The position numbers and the translations under genes were made by a program. From an uncultured Candidatus Saccharibacteria bacterium (lineage in GTDB: Bacteria > Patescibacteriota > Minisyncoccia > Phycocordibacterales > JACOZG01), in assembly GCA_964648765.1 (NCBI GenBank), contig CAZYLF010000001.1, positions 293,797 to 357,796 of the forward strand: DNA of 64,000 nt. Direction: 5' to 3'. Numbering within the stretch: the first letter of the stretch is position 1; every line of letters starts with the position of its first letter. Below the pieces are notes generated by a model. That model had not been told where the DNA came from and made no database searches. It saw nothing but the letters and a program-made list of their open reading frames with translations. Below are positions 49,145-58,048 of this stretch, one piece after another.

Positions 49145-50311
49145 TTAGGGCAAAAACTCCTTTAGCCACTTAATAAACTTATGACCTGCTTGGCGGAAAA
49201 TTTTGGCGCTAAAGGCCGTATCTGGCTCACTGCCGAGACCAAATAGGCATAAACCGTAGGCCACTGACCAGGCTGGGTCCTTAACTTGACTGCGGGAGCT
49301 TGTGTCGGTGTCACTTCCGGCGATGCGAGCGGGGAGTTTTAAATAATTTTTGGCCTGCTTTTCAATATCAGACAAACTTGAGCCACCACCAGTAAAAATA
49401 ATACCAGCCGGAAGAAGTTCGTTGCGGCCAATTTTTTTAAGTTGAGTTTCAATTAATTCAAACATGTCGGAGAGACGAGCCTCAATAATCTCGTCTAACT
49501 TTTTCTTAGTTGATAAGTTACTTTGGCCAAGAGAAACTTTTAACTTTTCAGCATCTTCAAGCGAGAGGCGAAGTCCTAAAGCTATATCATTGGTGACGTC
49601 TGAAGAACCAATTGGTAAAACATTTACACAAATTGGTAAGCCTTCTTCATAAACCACAATTGAAGTAGTTTGAGCGCCCACATTTGCAAGCACGGCTCCA
49701 GCCGCCTTTTGGGTGTTAGAGAGTGTGGTAAAACTGGCTGCTAGTGGTGAGGCAATTATGTCTTCCACCGACACTTGCGCAGCTTCCACGGCTCTGACGA
49801 GATTATTTATATGTTGATTTAGGGCACAGATAAAAAGGGTTTTAACTTCAAGTTTGTTGCCCTTCATACCCTCCGGACGACCTAGGATTTTTTTCCCATC
49901 AAGTTTAAAAAGAAGCGGGATAGTGTGAATGACCTTAAAATTATTAACATTAGTTAAGTTGGCTTCCGAAAGTTCTACCGCGCGGTTAATATCCAACTCA
50001 TTAATTTCTGAATCGGCTTTAGTTACCGCCACTTGGCCCTCGCCAGTGCGTGATTCAAGCCCGATACCACCAATTCCTAAAAATACTCCTCTGATTTTTA
50101 TTTTTGAAATCCTCTCAGCCTCTTGAATTGCTTCAAAAATAGCACCCTCGGCCTCTTCTTGATTTACAATGTAGCCCCGGCGGAGTCCACGACTAGGTAC
50201 TCGCACCATTGCTAAAATTTTTGGTGAATTAGAATTACGAATTACCTCGCACACCACCACTCGGATGGAGTTTGTTCCCACGTCTAATCCTGTGATGAGG
50301 TGTTTTGACAT
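49145..50311 (-). CDS. ftsA: Cell division protein FtsA
   Basis: GLDVGT, SRGLRRG, VTNDIA and TGGGS motifs; upstream of ftsZ. Confidence 0.95.
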   Translation of the reverse strand: MSKHLITGLDVGTNSIRVVVCEVIRNSNSPKILAMVRVPSRGLRRGYIVNQEEAEGAIFEAIQEAERISKIKIRGVFLGIGGIGLESRTGEGQVAVTKADSEINELDINRAVELSEANLTNVNNFKVIHTIPLLFKLDGKKILGRPEGMKGNKLEVKTLFICALNQHINNLVRAVEAAQVSVEDIIASPLAASFTTLSNTQKAAGAVLANVGAQTTSIVVYEEGLPICVNVLPIGSSDVTNDIALGLRLSLEDAEKLKVSLGQSNLSTKKKLDEIIEARLSDMFELIETQLKKIGRNELLPAGIIFTGGGSSLSDIEKQAKNYLKLPARIAGSDTDTSSRSQVKDPAWSVAYGLCLFGLGSEPDTAFSAKIFRQAGHKFIKWLKEFLP

Positions 50312-50687
50312 TAGTAGTGAGAAAAATCTGACTAAATTCTTTCTCCTTAGCATCCATTCTACTACCGTGCGTTAAACCTTTCAAATGTAAGCATCCGTGG
50401 ATAAGTAAATAAATTAGCCGGTTTTTTGCTGTTTCGCCAAAAAGTTTTGCTTCTCTTTTTGCTACGCTAGGATTTAAAAAAATTTCACCCGCATCTTTAC
50501 CAAGCGGAAAACTTAAAACATTGGTGGGCGTATCCTTTCCTTTATGCTCGCGGTGTAACTTTTGAGAGAGTTCGTCAGACGCAAAAACCAGACTCAAATC
50601 GTAGTCTGGTCCTAGTACCCGATCACTAACTTTTTGCCACTTAAAGCGTGGTAAAGTTTCTTTAGTGAGTTTTTGTAAAGCCAACAT
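50235..50687 (-). CDS. ybeY: rRNA maturation endoribonuclease YbeY
   Basis: PTNVLSF and HGCLHLKGLTH motifs; C-terminal tail overlaps the ftsA start. Confidence 0.92.
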   Translation of the reverse strand: MLALQKLTKETLPRFKWQKVSDRVLGPDYDLSLVFASDELSQKLHREHKGKDTPTNVLSFPLGKDAGEIFLNPSVAKREAKLFGETAKNRLIYLLIHGCLHLKGLTHGSRMDAKEKEFSQIFLTTNVKTPHHRIRRGNKLHPSGGVRGNS

Positions 50688-50910
50688 TGGTGGCAATTTT
50701 GCCGAGCTTTTTTAAGCGTTCGCGATCCACTCGTTTTGAAAGGCGTTTGAGCGCAGCTTTCTTCACTTTGTAGTGAGATTGGACGCGCTCTCGTGACTTT
50801 AGGCCTTTAACCTTACGCACAATACCCGAGCTTTGCACCCGCTTGGAAAACCGCCTCATAATACTTGAGTTGGATTCTCCGGCTGTTCGGCTAACTTCAA
50901 TTACAATCAT
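50662..50910 (-). CDS. rpsU: Ribosomal protein bS21-like
   Basis: ES..SIMRRFSKRVQ.SG basic small protein in the hisS-ybeY-ftsA context. Confidence 0.75.
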   Translation of the reverse strand: MIVIEVSRTAGESNSSIMRRFSKRVQSSGIVRKVKGLKSRERVQSHYKVKKAALKRLSKRVDRERLKKLGKIATNVGFTKTH

Positions 50911-50930
50911 GGTGGATAAAAACTAGCACA

Positions 50931-52226
50931 TTACTTAATGTTTTTCAAATATTCACCTAACTCTTTAATTGGTACCACGTCTTGTGAGCGGTTGGTCATG
51001 TTGCGCACAATTACCGTGTTCTCAATGGCCTCGCGCTGACCGAGGATGATGGTGTAGGGGACTTTAAGTCGCTCGGCAATGGCCAGTTGAGCAGCGAGAG
51101 AGTCTTTGGAGATGGATTGAGCAATTGGCACTTTGGCTTTACGCAAAACCTCAATTACTTGCATGCTTTTTAGTTTGGCGTCGAAGCTAAGTTGAATAAA
51201 GAATACCTTGGGTTTTTTAAGTAACCTTGAGTGAGGCATTACAGCGCCGGCGGAAAGTAAAACTCGATCCACGCCGATGGCGCCGCCCACCGCGGGCGTG
51301 TCCTTTTTGCTCCCTAAACGTCGAGCCAAATAATCATAACGGCCACCACCGGCGATTGAGCCAGCATCTGGGCCATCATCACGATTGGTAATCTCAAAAA
51401 CCGTGCGTGAGTAATAGTCCAAACCACGCACGAGGTTGTGATTGATCTCGTAGGTTACGCCCATCATCTCAAGATATTCTAACAGCTCTTTAAAGTGAGC
51501 TTTGCATCCAGCGCAAAGGAAACTGATAGCGTTTGGTGCCTCACTTTTAATTGGTTGGCATTCGGGGCTTTTGCAATCTAGCAAACGGAGAGGATTGGTT
51601 TTTAAACGTTCTCTACAGTCAGGGCAAATATCTTTAAGATGTTTTTTATAATAATTTACTAGTTCTTTACGATATTCACTGCGGCACTCTTTGTCTCCAA
51701 TACTATTTAAATCGAGTTTTAGATTCTTTAATCCCGCTTCCTCCAAAATAAGTAAGGTGAGTTTAATGATCATGGCGTCGGCAATGCTTTTGGATGTGCC
51801 AATAATCTCAAGATCAAATTGACGGAACTCGCGATAACGACCCTTTTGTGGTCTATCATGACGGAAAAGTGGGCCATAAAAATAGAGCATCACTGGTTGC
51901 GGTTGACCTTGAAAACCGTTTTCAAAATAGGCGCGCATTATGGAGACAGTGCCTTCAGGTCTGAGTGCAATCCGTTCACCACCTTTAGTTTTAAAAGCGT
52001 AAATTTCTTTATCTACTATATCTGTGCCCTCACCAACTCCAGAAATAAATAAATTCTCTTCTTCAAGCACTGGAGTTTCAATTGGTTGGAAGCCGTAATA
52101 AATAGCGATCTCCGCGGCCTTTTCATAAAAGCCTTGATAGGCGTAGTATTCATCACCAAAAATGTCGCGCATCCCCTTTAGCGTTTTAGAATCTTTTTTG
52201 TCGTTTGGGCTTTTTTCAGGATTCAT
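50931..52226 (-). CDS. hisS: Histidine-tRNA ligase
   Basis: KGMRD, LRPEGT, RPQKGRYREF, LVRGLDYY and GGGRYD motifs. Confidence 0.97.
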   Translation of the reverse strand: MNPEKSPNDKKDSKTLKGMRDIFGDEYYAYQGFYEKAAEIAIYYGFQPIETPVLEEENLFISGVGEGTDIVDKEIYAFKTKGGERIALRPEGTVSIMRAYFENGFQGQPQPVMLYFYGPLFRHDRPQKGRYREFRQFDLEIIGTSKSIADAMIIKLTLLILEEAGLKNLKLDLNSIGDKECRSEYRKELVNYYKKHLKDICPDCRERLKTNPLRLLDCKSPECQPIKSEAPNAISFLCAGCKAHFKELLEYLEMMGVTYEINHNLVRGLDYYSRTVFEITNRDDGPDAGSIAGGGRYDYLARRLGSKKDTPAVGGAIGVDRVLLSAGAVMPHSRLLKKPKVFFIQLSFDAKLKSMQVIEVLRKAKVPIAQSISKDSLAAQLAIAERLKVPYTIILGQREAIENTVIVRNMTNRSQDVVPIKELGEYLKNIK

Positions 52227-52228
52227 AA

Positions 52229-52750
52229 TTAAAATTTGGTTATTTTATCTACAGGGAAAAGTCTCACAAAAACCTTACCTTTTAATAATTTCTCTGGCAC
52301 GGCACCCCAAAAGCGGGAGTCATAACTCTGATCACGATTATCACCCATCACAAAATACTCACCGGCGCCAAGTGTGGTGGTGTGGTCGGCGAGGGTTTGC
52401 TCTTTAATATATGAGTCATCAATTTCAATATTTTGCTCGCCATTTTTAATTGTGACTTTATTATCCTTGATGGTTACCGTTTCACCAGGTAAACCAATTA
52501 AACGTTTAATGAAAAAAGTTTTGGGATTTTTAGGATAACGGAAAACCACCACCTCACCGCGCGCTGGCTCGCGGAAATGGTAAGAGAGCTCATCAATAAT
52601 TAAATATTGACCGTTCTCAAAGGTTGGCGACATCGAGTTGCCGTTGACCACAAATGGTTGAGCTACATAGGCACGAATAGGCACTACGATTACGAGTACC
52701 ACAAGTAAAAAACGAACGGTTTCAAGGAGGGTATTGAGCGTCTTTTTCAT
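52229..52750 (-). CDS. lepB: Signal peptidase I
   Basis: GNSMSPT, FIKRLIGLPGE and GDNR..SYDSR motifs. Confidence 0.95.
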   Translation of the reverse strand: MKKTLNTLLETVRFLLVVLVIVVPIRAYVAQPFVVNGNSMSPTFENGQYLIIDELSYHFREPARGEVVVFRYPKNPKTFFIKRLIGLPGETVTIKDNKVTIKNGEQNIEIDDSYIKEQTLADHTTTLGAGEYFVMGDNRDQSYDSRFWGAVPEKLLKGKVFVRLFPVDKITKF

Positions 52751-52790
52751 ACGATTATGGCTAATTTTATTACAAAAATGGGTGGTGCGC

Positions 52791-52815
52791 AAGCCTGCCC
52801 GATAGTCAGGCGGGT
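52791..52815 (+). repeat. Short palindromic element in the lepB-pth intergenic region
   Basis: AAGCCTGCCCGATAGTCAGGCGGGT; CCTGCC/GGCGGG stem. Confidence 0.7.
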
Positions 52816-52860
52816 TTACCCGAACTTGGGCGGGCCTGCAAAAAATGCTATCCTAACTTC

Positions 52861-53382
52861 ATGAAATATTTTTTGCTGGCCTTGGGCAATCCCGGGGCAG
52901 AATATGAAAATACTAGGCACAATGTGGGCCGGATGGCGATAGAAAAGTTTGAACATCCAAAGTTTAAGATTGTTGAGTCAGCAGAGATGATGAATAATTC
53001 TGGTCGGGCGCTTAAATCTCATATTAAAAGTCAAAAGGATGCAGAGAAATTGGTGGTGATCCATGATGATTTAGATTTGCCACTTGGAGTTTTAAAAATT
53101 AGTTTTAATCGTGGGGCTGGGGGGCACAGGGGAGTGGATTCGGTTATTAAAACTTTGAAATCAGAAGCCTTCACTCGCGTGCGGATCGGTGTGTCGCCCG
53201 TGACGCCTGGCGGTAAACTTAAAAAACCGAAGGGTGAGGAAAAAGTGGTGGATTTTATTTTAGGTAAATTTAAACCCGCCGAAATTGCAGAACTCAAAAA
53301 GGTTTTCAAAAAAGTTTGCGAGGCGCTCACAATGATTGCAGATGAAGGGAGAGAAAAAGCCATGGGGGAGTTTAATAAATAA
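52861..53382 (+). CDS. pth: Peptidyl-tRNA hydrolase
   Basis: LGNPG..Y..TRHNVG, MNNSG, HDDLD and GGHRG motifs. Confidence 0.96.
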   Translation: MKYFLLALGNPGAEYENTRHNVGRMAIEKFEHPKFKIVESAEMMNNSGRALKSHIKSQKDAEKLVVIHDDLDLPLGVLKISFNRGAGGHRGVDSVIKTLKSEAFTRVRIGVSPVTPGGKLKKPKGEEKVVDFILGKFKPAEIAELKKVFKKVCEALTMIADEGREKAMGEFNK

Positions 53383-53421
53383 AAATGCACGGCCAGATGG
53401 TCGTGCATAAAAGAGATATTG

Positions 53422-53608
53422 TCAGCTTGAGGTGAGGTATTTTAAGCTAACGATAAAAACTACCGCACAAGCTAATACTCCACCCGAGCAGATCCAGAAG
53501 ATCCTATCGCCCCCCCGGTTTTGAGTAGGCGTTCTGACCGATGATGCCAAGTGGCAACATGCCGAGGTCAGCTACTATACAAATTCCTAACCAAATCAGA
53601 CTCGACAT
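53422..53608 (-). pseudogene. Small two-TM membrane protein gene frameshifted at a G7 tract
   Basis: AAGGAG-N6-ATG. As sequenced it stops after 34 aa; removing one G at 53510-53516 gives a 61 aa ORF with a second hydrophobic helix. Confidence 0.5.
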
Positions 53609-53692
53609 TTTGAACTCCTTCTCAAAAAACTCACCATTTGTGCTTTTAGCTGAGAACATCTCAACCAGTTCCAATTTGAGTCTACCATGTTT

Positions 53693-54196
53693 TTAAGTAG
53701 TTTGCGGTAGACTGATGAACTTTTGAATTGTGTAGTCGATTAACTCCTTCATGTCTTCCATCCCATCACATTTGGGTGAGATGATTACAAAGTTGATCAC
53801 TTCTTTTTTTACCTCAATCTTAAGGAGACTACGTTTTTCAATCTCGTCGTTGTCGCAAGTGACCATGACGATGGTAACTTTGCTTCCGAAATGTGCCCGG
53901 AGTGTTTGGCAATACTTGATTGCTCTTGCTAGCAACCGAATGTTACAGGCGTGGACAAAAACAATAAGTTTTTTGCCGTCCTTTACTTCGGGCAGATCAA
54001 GCCACTCAAATTGCTTGAATTGTCTTTGGCGGATGTCGGTGACAAGCTCACCGCGCTCGTGGCTTTTGATCCCACTTTTGTAGCCCTTAATGAGCCCGTA
54101 AGTAAAGAATAGGGCATAAAGTTTCCGTTTACTTCCGCTCAGAATGTTTTGGAACTCCTGGCTCAAGATGAACTCATACAACTTCCAGATTCGCAT
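53693..54196 (-). CDS. Hypothetical protein
   Basis: 167 aa, AAAGGAG SD. Confidence 0.7.
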   Translation of the reverse strand: MRIWKLYEFILSQEFQNILSGSKRKLYALFFTYGLIKGYKSGIKSHERGELVTDIRQRQFKQFEWLDLPEVKDGKKLIVFVHACNIRLLARAIKYCQTLRAHFGSKVTIVMVTCDNDEIEKRSLLKIEVKKEVINFVIISPKCDGMEDMKELIDYTIQKFISLPQTT

Positions 54197-54279
54197 CTTT
54201 TACTCCTTTCAGATTTCAGTATGTTATGAATGATCAACCAATTTTTACCCTACCATTAATTATTAATCTTGTAAAACGC

Positions 54280-54301
54280 AAAAAACCCCGCCAGGGCGGG
54301 G
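54280..54301 (-). terminator. Intrinsic terminator closing the repeat-array transcription unit
   Basis: Minus strand CCCCGCC-CT-GGCGGGG followed by TTTTTT. Confidence 0.75.
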
Positions 54302-54522
54302 CGATCAAATAGGTTAAAGCGATAGTCCAGATTGTGTGGAGAGAGCCACTCAATCTAAAAAAATCTCCTCATCCCATTCAATGCGCCCCGCTCAAGCGGG
54401 GTTTCTGTAATTATATCTTATAAATTCTTCCTACGAACTCACCATCCGCCACCGGACGAATGATAAATTCGAAAAGAAGGAGAACGCACAAATGAGCACG
54501 TTCTCCATACTCCACAAATGGA

Positions 54523-54804
54523 TTACTTGGAATTCTCCCAACGGCACTCGATCTCGGGTGTTTCTCCCCGCTCGAGGGCGGCTGAAACTTTTGTGTGGGT
54601 GGCGATGTATATCTCGCAGTACCTGTCTTTGTCGTCGACGGCGTAGACGTCACCATTTTGACCATGCTGCAGTAATCTCACCACCTTCCCTTTGGTGTAG
54701 GGCGGCACTTCATCAGGAATTTTTTCAGACCCTACGGTGAACACCAGTAGCAACGTCAAAAAGACAACCCAGAGAAATCCATTCCACTTACTTCGATTCG
54801 ACAT
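54523..54804 (-). CDS. Small membrane-anchored hypothetical protein (paralog of 54822-55106)
   Basis: AGGAG SD; N-terminal TM; TKGKVVR.L.HG..G.V.A.D...R.CEIY..TH.KVS.ALERGETPEIECRW shared with neighbour. Confidence 0.8.
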   Translation of the reverse strand: MSNRSKWNGFLWVVFLTLLLVFTVGSEKIPDEVPPYTKGKVVRLLQHGQNGDVYAVDDKDRYCEIYIATHTKVSAALERGETPEIECRWENSK

Positions 54805-54821
54805 CTCATTTCTCCTCTGAA

Positions 54822-55106
54822 TTACTTGGAATCATACCAACGACACTCGATTTCCGGAGTCTCTCCTCGTTCAAGAGCGAGAGAAACCTTCACATGCGTA
54901 GAAACGTATATTTCGCAGAATCTGCCTGCGCTGTCGATGGCGACGACTATCCCGTCTCTGCCGTGTTCCAGCACCCTCACTACTTTTCCTTTGGTGAGAG
55001 GGATATAGTTTCTTCGCGTTTCCGCCTCGGCACATAGAAAGCTACTACCCAGGATCAAAATAATTACAAAAATTACTTTGATAGAATTCCAAATCCGTTT
55101 CCACAT
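54822..55106 (-). CDS. Small membrane-anchored hypothetical protein (paralog of 54523-54804)
   Basis: AAGGAG SD; paralogy with neighbour supports coding. Confidence 0.8.
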   Translation of the reverse strand: MWKRIWNSIKVIFVIILILGSSFLCAEAETRRNYIPLTKGKVVRVLEHGRDGIVVAIDSAGRFCEIYVSTHVKVSLALERGETPEIECRWYDSK

Positions 55107-55251
55107 CTTATTTCTCCTTCTCCCTTACTTTTGCCTTGATTTTTTCCAATCAACTTACGATCACACGATCGCGAATTGAAAAAGAAGATCGAGAGTCCGC
55201 ACACTCTCGATCTTTAAAATTATCCCGTGGTCTCCCGTGCGGGGGAGAATA

Positions 55252-55545
55252 TCAGCAGTAGTCCATCGCCTTCACAGGGTTTTGATCCCATCCCGGATAA
55301 TCACCGTCGGGCAGGAACACGCTCCACTTGACGATTGCCGCCATCTTCATGTCCCGCAAGGATTGAATCACCCCACATTCAATGGCTTGATCAGAGGCTA
55401 GGGGAAAATCCTTTTTCAGGATATCACCAAGCTTCAAGAATGCTGCCAGGCTGTGGTCGTAGCCTCCGATCACGCGAATGTCGGCGTACATCTTTCCTTC
55501 TCTGTTTCGGGGTTCATCCTTGCGCCAGTATATTCTTTTTTGCAT
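55252..55545 (-). CDS. Hypothetical protein, 97 aa (paralog of 56889-57182)
   Basis: MQKRIYWR...EGKMYA...GGYDHSL...DFP...GDYP.W.QNP shared with paralog; start reassigned to ATG 55545. Confidence 0.8.
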   Translation of the reverse strand: MQKRIYWRKDEPRNREGKMYADIRVIGGYDHSLAAFLKLGDILKKDFPLASDQAIECGVIQSLRDMKMAAIVKWSVFLPDGDYPGWDQNPVKAMDYC

Positions 55546-55612
55546 TTTCCTTCTCTCACTTTCTTTGTCTTGAATTGTTTCCAATCAACTCACCATCGCT
55601 CGTGATGAGTAC

Positions 55613-56029
55613 TTATTTAGTCCCAGCTAAACACCCATGAATTTTCTCACCAACTTTCAAGAAGATCCATTTTCCTGAACTTGTTGCGTCACCGTTTCCA
55701 AGATAAATTGTTCGAACGAACCATCCGTCCCGAACAACGGCGAACCCTAAGCCGTTTACTGTCCCGCTCCCAACGATGACGTCCCAGTTCCTGTTTAACA
55801 GAAACTTTCTGCTCGTCGCGTCGGTGTTGATGGGGATACCTACCCCCTTATTAATGCCTATTGTCCACATCGTTATCATGGACATCAGAAAGAAGACCAA
55901 CCCAATTGTAAGGTGAATAATCGGTCCGCCTTCAGGCCCAGTGGAAATTGTGGCTCCAGCACACACGAGATTGTAGATCGAGATTGCGCTTACGGTCAGA
56001 AATAGTAACCAATCATGAATCTTAGACAT
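55613..56029 (-). CDS. Hypothetical membrane protein (2 TM)
   Basis: AAGGAG-N7-ATG at 56029; 138 aa. Confidence 0.7.
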   Translation of the reverse strand: MSKIHDWLLFLTVSAISIYNLVCAGATISTGPEGGPIIHLTIGLVFFLMSMITMWTIGINKGVGIPINTDATSRKFLLNRNWDVIVGSGTVNGLGFAVVRDGWFVRTIYLGNGDATSSGKWIFLKVGEKIHGCLAGTK

Positions 56030-56199
56030 CCTGATTCTCCTTTTGTAATTTCTTGTTTCTTCCAATCAACTCACGATCACACGATCGCAGGTTGAAAAAG
56101 AAGATCGAGAGTCCGCACACTCTCGATCAATGATCAATATAATCTTGTACTCCCGTGCGGGGGAGTTAATGCTGAAACGGCCGACCCCCCATATGTTGG

Positions 56200-56751
56200 C
56201 TACGAGGTGTGTGCCGCCTTTTTGCTTGCTCCAGGGAGAAACTCAGCCTGAAGCTGATTCAGCCGATTGGTTGTAGTAGTTTCTTCCCACGCCTTATTGT
56301 ACTCGCGAAGAGCAACATTCAAGTGATCGGCTAGGTCGCCACAATTCCTTCTGATCTGCAAGATTGTTTCCTCATCGCCCTGGACCGCGTCCACGATTGA
56401 TTGAGCAAAAGCCGCTTCTTCATTGGGCGCTTCATCCCACATTCTTTTTACTAGTTTGGTGAAGGCTAGTCTCCCTAGTTGCATCTGACCGCCAGTCGCT
56501 AGTGGGGAAAAAGAGAAAAGCCTCTTTTTTTCTCCAGTTGCGTCTTGGGTGTCAGTGATGACACCGAGGGCGGTGAGAACTCCTTCAAGCTTGGCTTCCA
56601 TGCCTCGCGTACACAGAATCTCGAACATCTCATCCCGCCGACTCATCCGTCGCCTTTCTTGCCAGTCGCTGACTACCTTCATCGTTATCAGTATGATGAC
56701 GATGATAGTCGCCAGCATCAAAATAGTGATAGGCATAAATTCCAGTTCCAC
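56200..56751 (-). CDS. Hypothetical membrane-anchored helical protein
   Basis: AAGGAG-N6-GTG; N-terminal TM; 183 aa. Confidence 0.75.
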   Translation of the reverse strand: MELEFMPITILMLATIIVIILITMKVVSDWQERRRMSRRDEMFEILCTRGMEAKLEGVLTALGVITDTQDATGEKKRLFSFSPLATGGQMQLGRLAFTKLVKRMWDEAPNEEAAFAQSIVDAVQGDEETILQIRRNCGDLADHLNVALREYNKAWEETTTTNRLNQLQAEFLPGASKKAAHTS

Positions 56752-56888
56752 TGTTGTCTCCTTAAAATTAGACTACCAACCCTCTTCTAACGAGCTCACC
56801 ACACACGTGACGAGTTCGAAAAGAAGATCGAAGCCCGCACGCTTCGATCTTTAAAATTATCCCGTTGCCTCCCGTGCGGGGGAGAATA

Positions 56889-57182
56889 TCACCAGCTGTA
56901 GTCCATCAGCGGCGGGTTCTGATTCCAGTCAGGATAATCACCCCGATCCAGGAATCCACTCCACACTGCAATGGCCATTCCACTCATGTCGACTGAGCCA
57001 CTGGTTACCCCCAACACAATGTTGAGATCATTTGCCTGCGGAAAATCCTGTTTCAGGATCTCCACAAGTTTCTGATATGCGCCCAGGCTGTGGTCGTAGC
57101 CTCCGACCACCTGTACGTTTGCGTACATTTTGCCCTCCGCATTTTTTGGTTGCTCCCTGCGCCAATAAATTCTCTTTTGCAT
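56889..57182 (-). CDS. Hypothetical protein, 97 aa (paralog of 55252-55545)
   Basis: Same length and motifs as paralog; shared upstream GAGAGAAGGAAAATG. Confidence 0.8.
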   Translation of the reverse strand: MQKRIYWRREQPKNAEGKMYANVQVVGGYDHSLGAYQKLVEILKQDFPQANDLNIVLGVTSGSVDMSGMAIAVWSGFLDRGDYPDWNQNPPLMDYSW

Positions 57183-57380
57183 TTTCCTTCTCTCTTTCTC
57201 TTTTTTGAATCGTTTCCAATCAACCCACGAGCACACGCTCGCCGGGTTGAATAAGAAGGGGAACCGAAGTTCCCCGTGCTGGTCAGACTTTTTCATCACC
57301 CAGAATTGGCGACCAACTCAACTTGGGCTGCATTTACACCTCATTTTACCTCTACCTTTCTCCCGGCCTGGGGAAATGTA

Positions 57381-57614
57381 TTACAGATCGCCTCGGCCCG
57401 TGAGTTCTCCCCACGAGGCACTGACGGTGAAGATAATTACCGTCAACACTGTGGCCGCTTGAGCCACATTGTGTTTGAAGTTGTCGGGGTAATCCGTCAG
57501 CCACCAAAAGACTCCCATCCCCGCAACTTCTACGGTGGCGATTACTGCCCACCGCTTGATAAATCGCTTGCTCCGTTCTTTTTGTAGCAACAGATACTTT
57601 CCCAGAAATCCCAT
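57381..57614 (-). CDS. Small hypothetical membrane protein
   Basis: GAGGAG-N7-ATG at 57614; two hydrophobic segments. Confidence 0.65.
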   Translation of the reverse strand: MGFLGKYLLLQKERSKRFIKRWAVIATVEVAGMGVFWWLTDYPDNFKHNVAQAATVLTVIIFTVSASWGELTGRGDL

Positions 57615-57666
57615 CTCAAATCTCCTCTCCAGCATCTTTTGCTGGTAAAAGTTTGCAATTATTCGC

Positions 57667-57903
57667 TCACTTCTTTTTTGGTTTACTCCGTAGGCCACTG
57701 AAGACGAACTTTAGGCCGATCAGGATCACCACTAGCACCAGCAGTGATTCAAAAATTGGCCTAACCTCATGAGTTAAACTAGTCAGCGATGATTGAATCA
57801 CCCCTGGCCAAATTTTACTCACGACTGCCGCCGCCGCGATCACAACGCAACACACCAAAAACCGCTTCGGCGTGCCGATGAAAAAATTCAACCATTCTTT
57901 CAT
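57667..57903 (-). CDS. Small hypothetical membrane protein (2 TM, basic tail)
   Basis: AAAGGA-N6-ATG at 57903. Confidence 0.7.
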   Translation of the reverse strand: MKEWLNFFIGTPKRFLVCCVVIAAAAVVSKIWPGVIQSSLTSLTHEVRPIFESLLVLVVILIGLKFVFSGLRSKPKKK

Positions 57904-58048
57904 GGTTTTTCCTTTCCAATTTTCTTCCAATCAACTCACGATCACACGATCGTAGGCTGAATAAGAAGGGGGAGGTTGCAAATGAGCAACGTCCCCCGAT
58001 AAAGAACTATTTAAAGACACTTAATGGCTGTCTCTTTTAGCCAAAACT

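Noticed and set aside
50235-50910. Overlaps rpsU/ybeY and ybeY/ftsA as possible frameshifts
   Set aside because: All three proteins have complete motifs; the overlaps only involve non-conserved tails.
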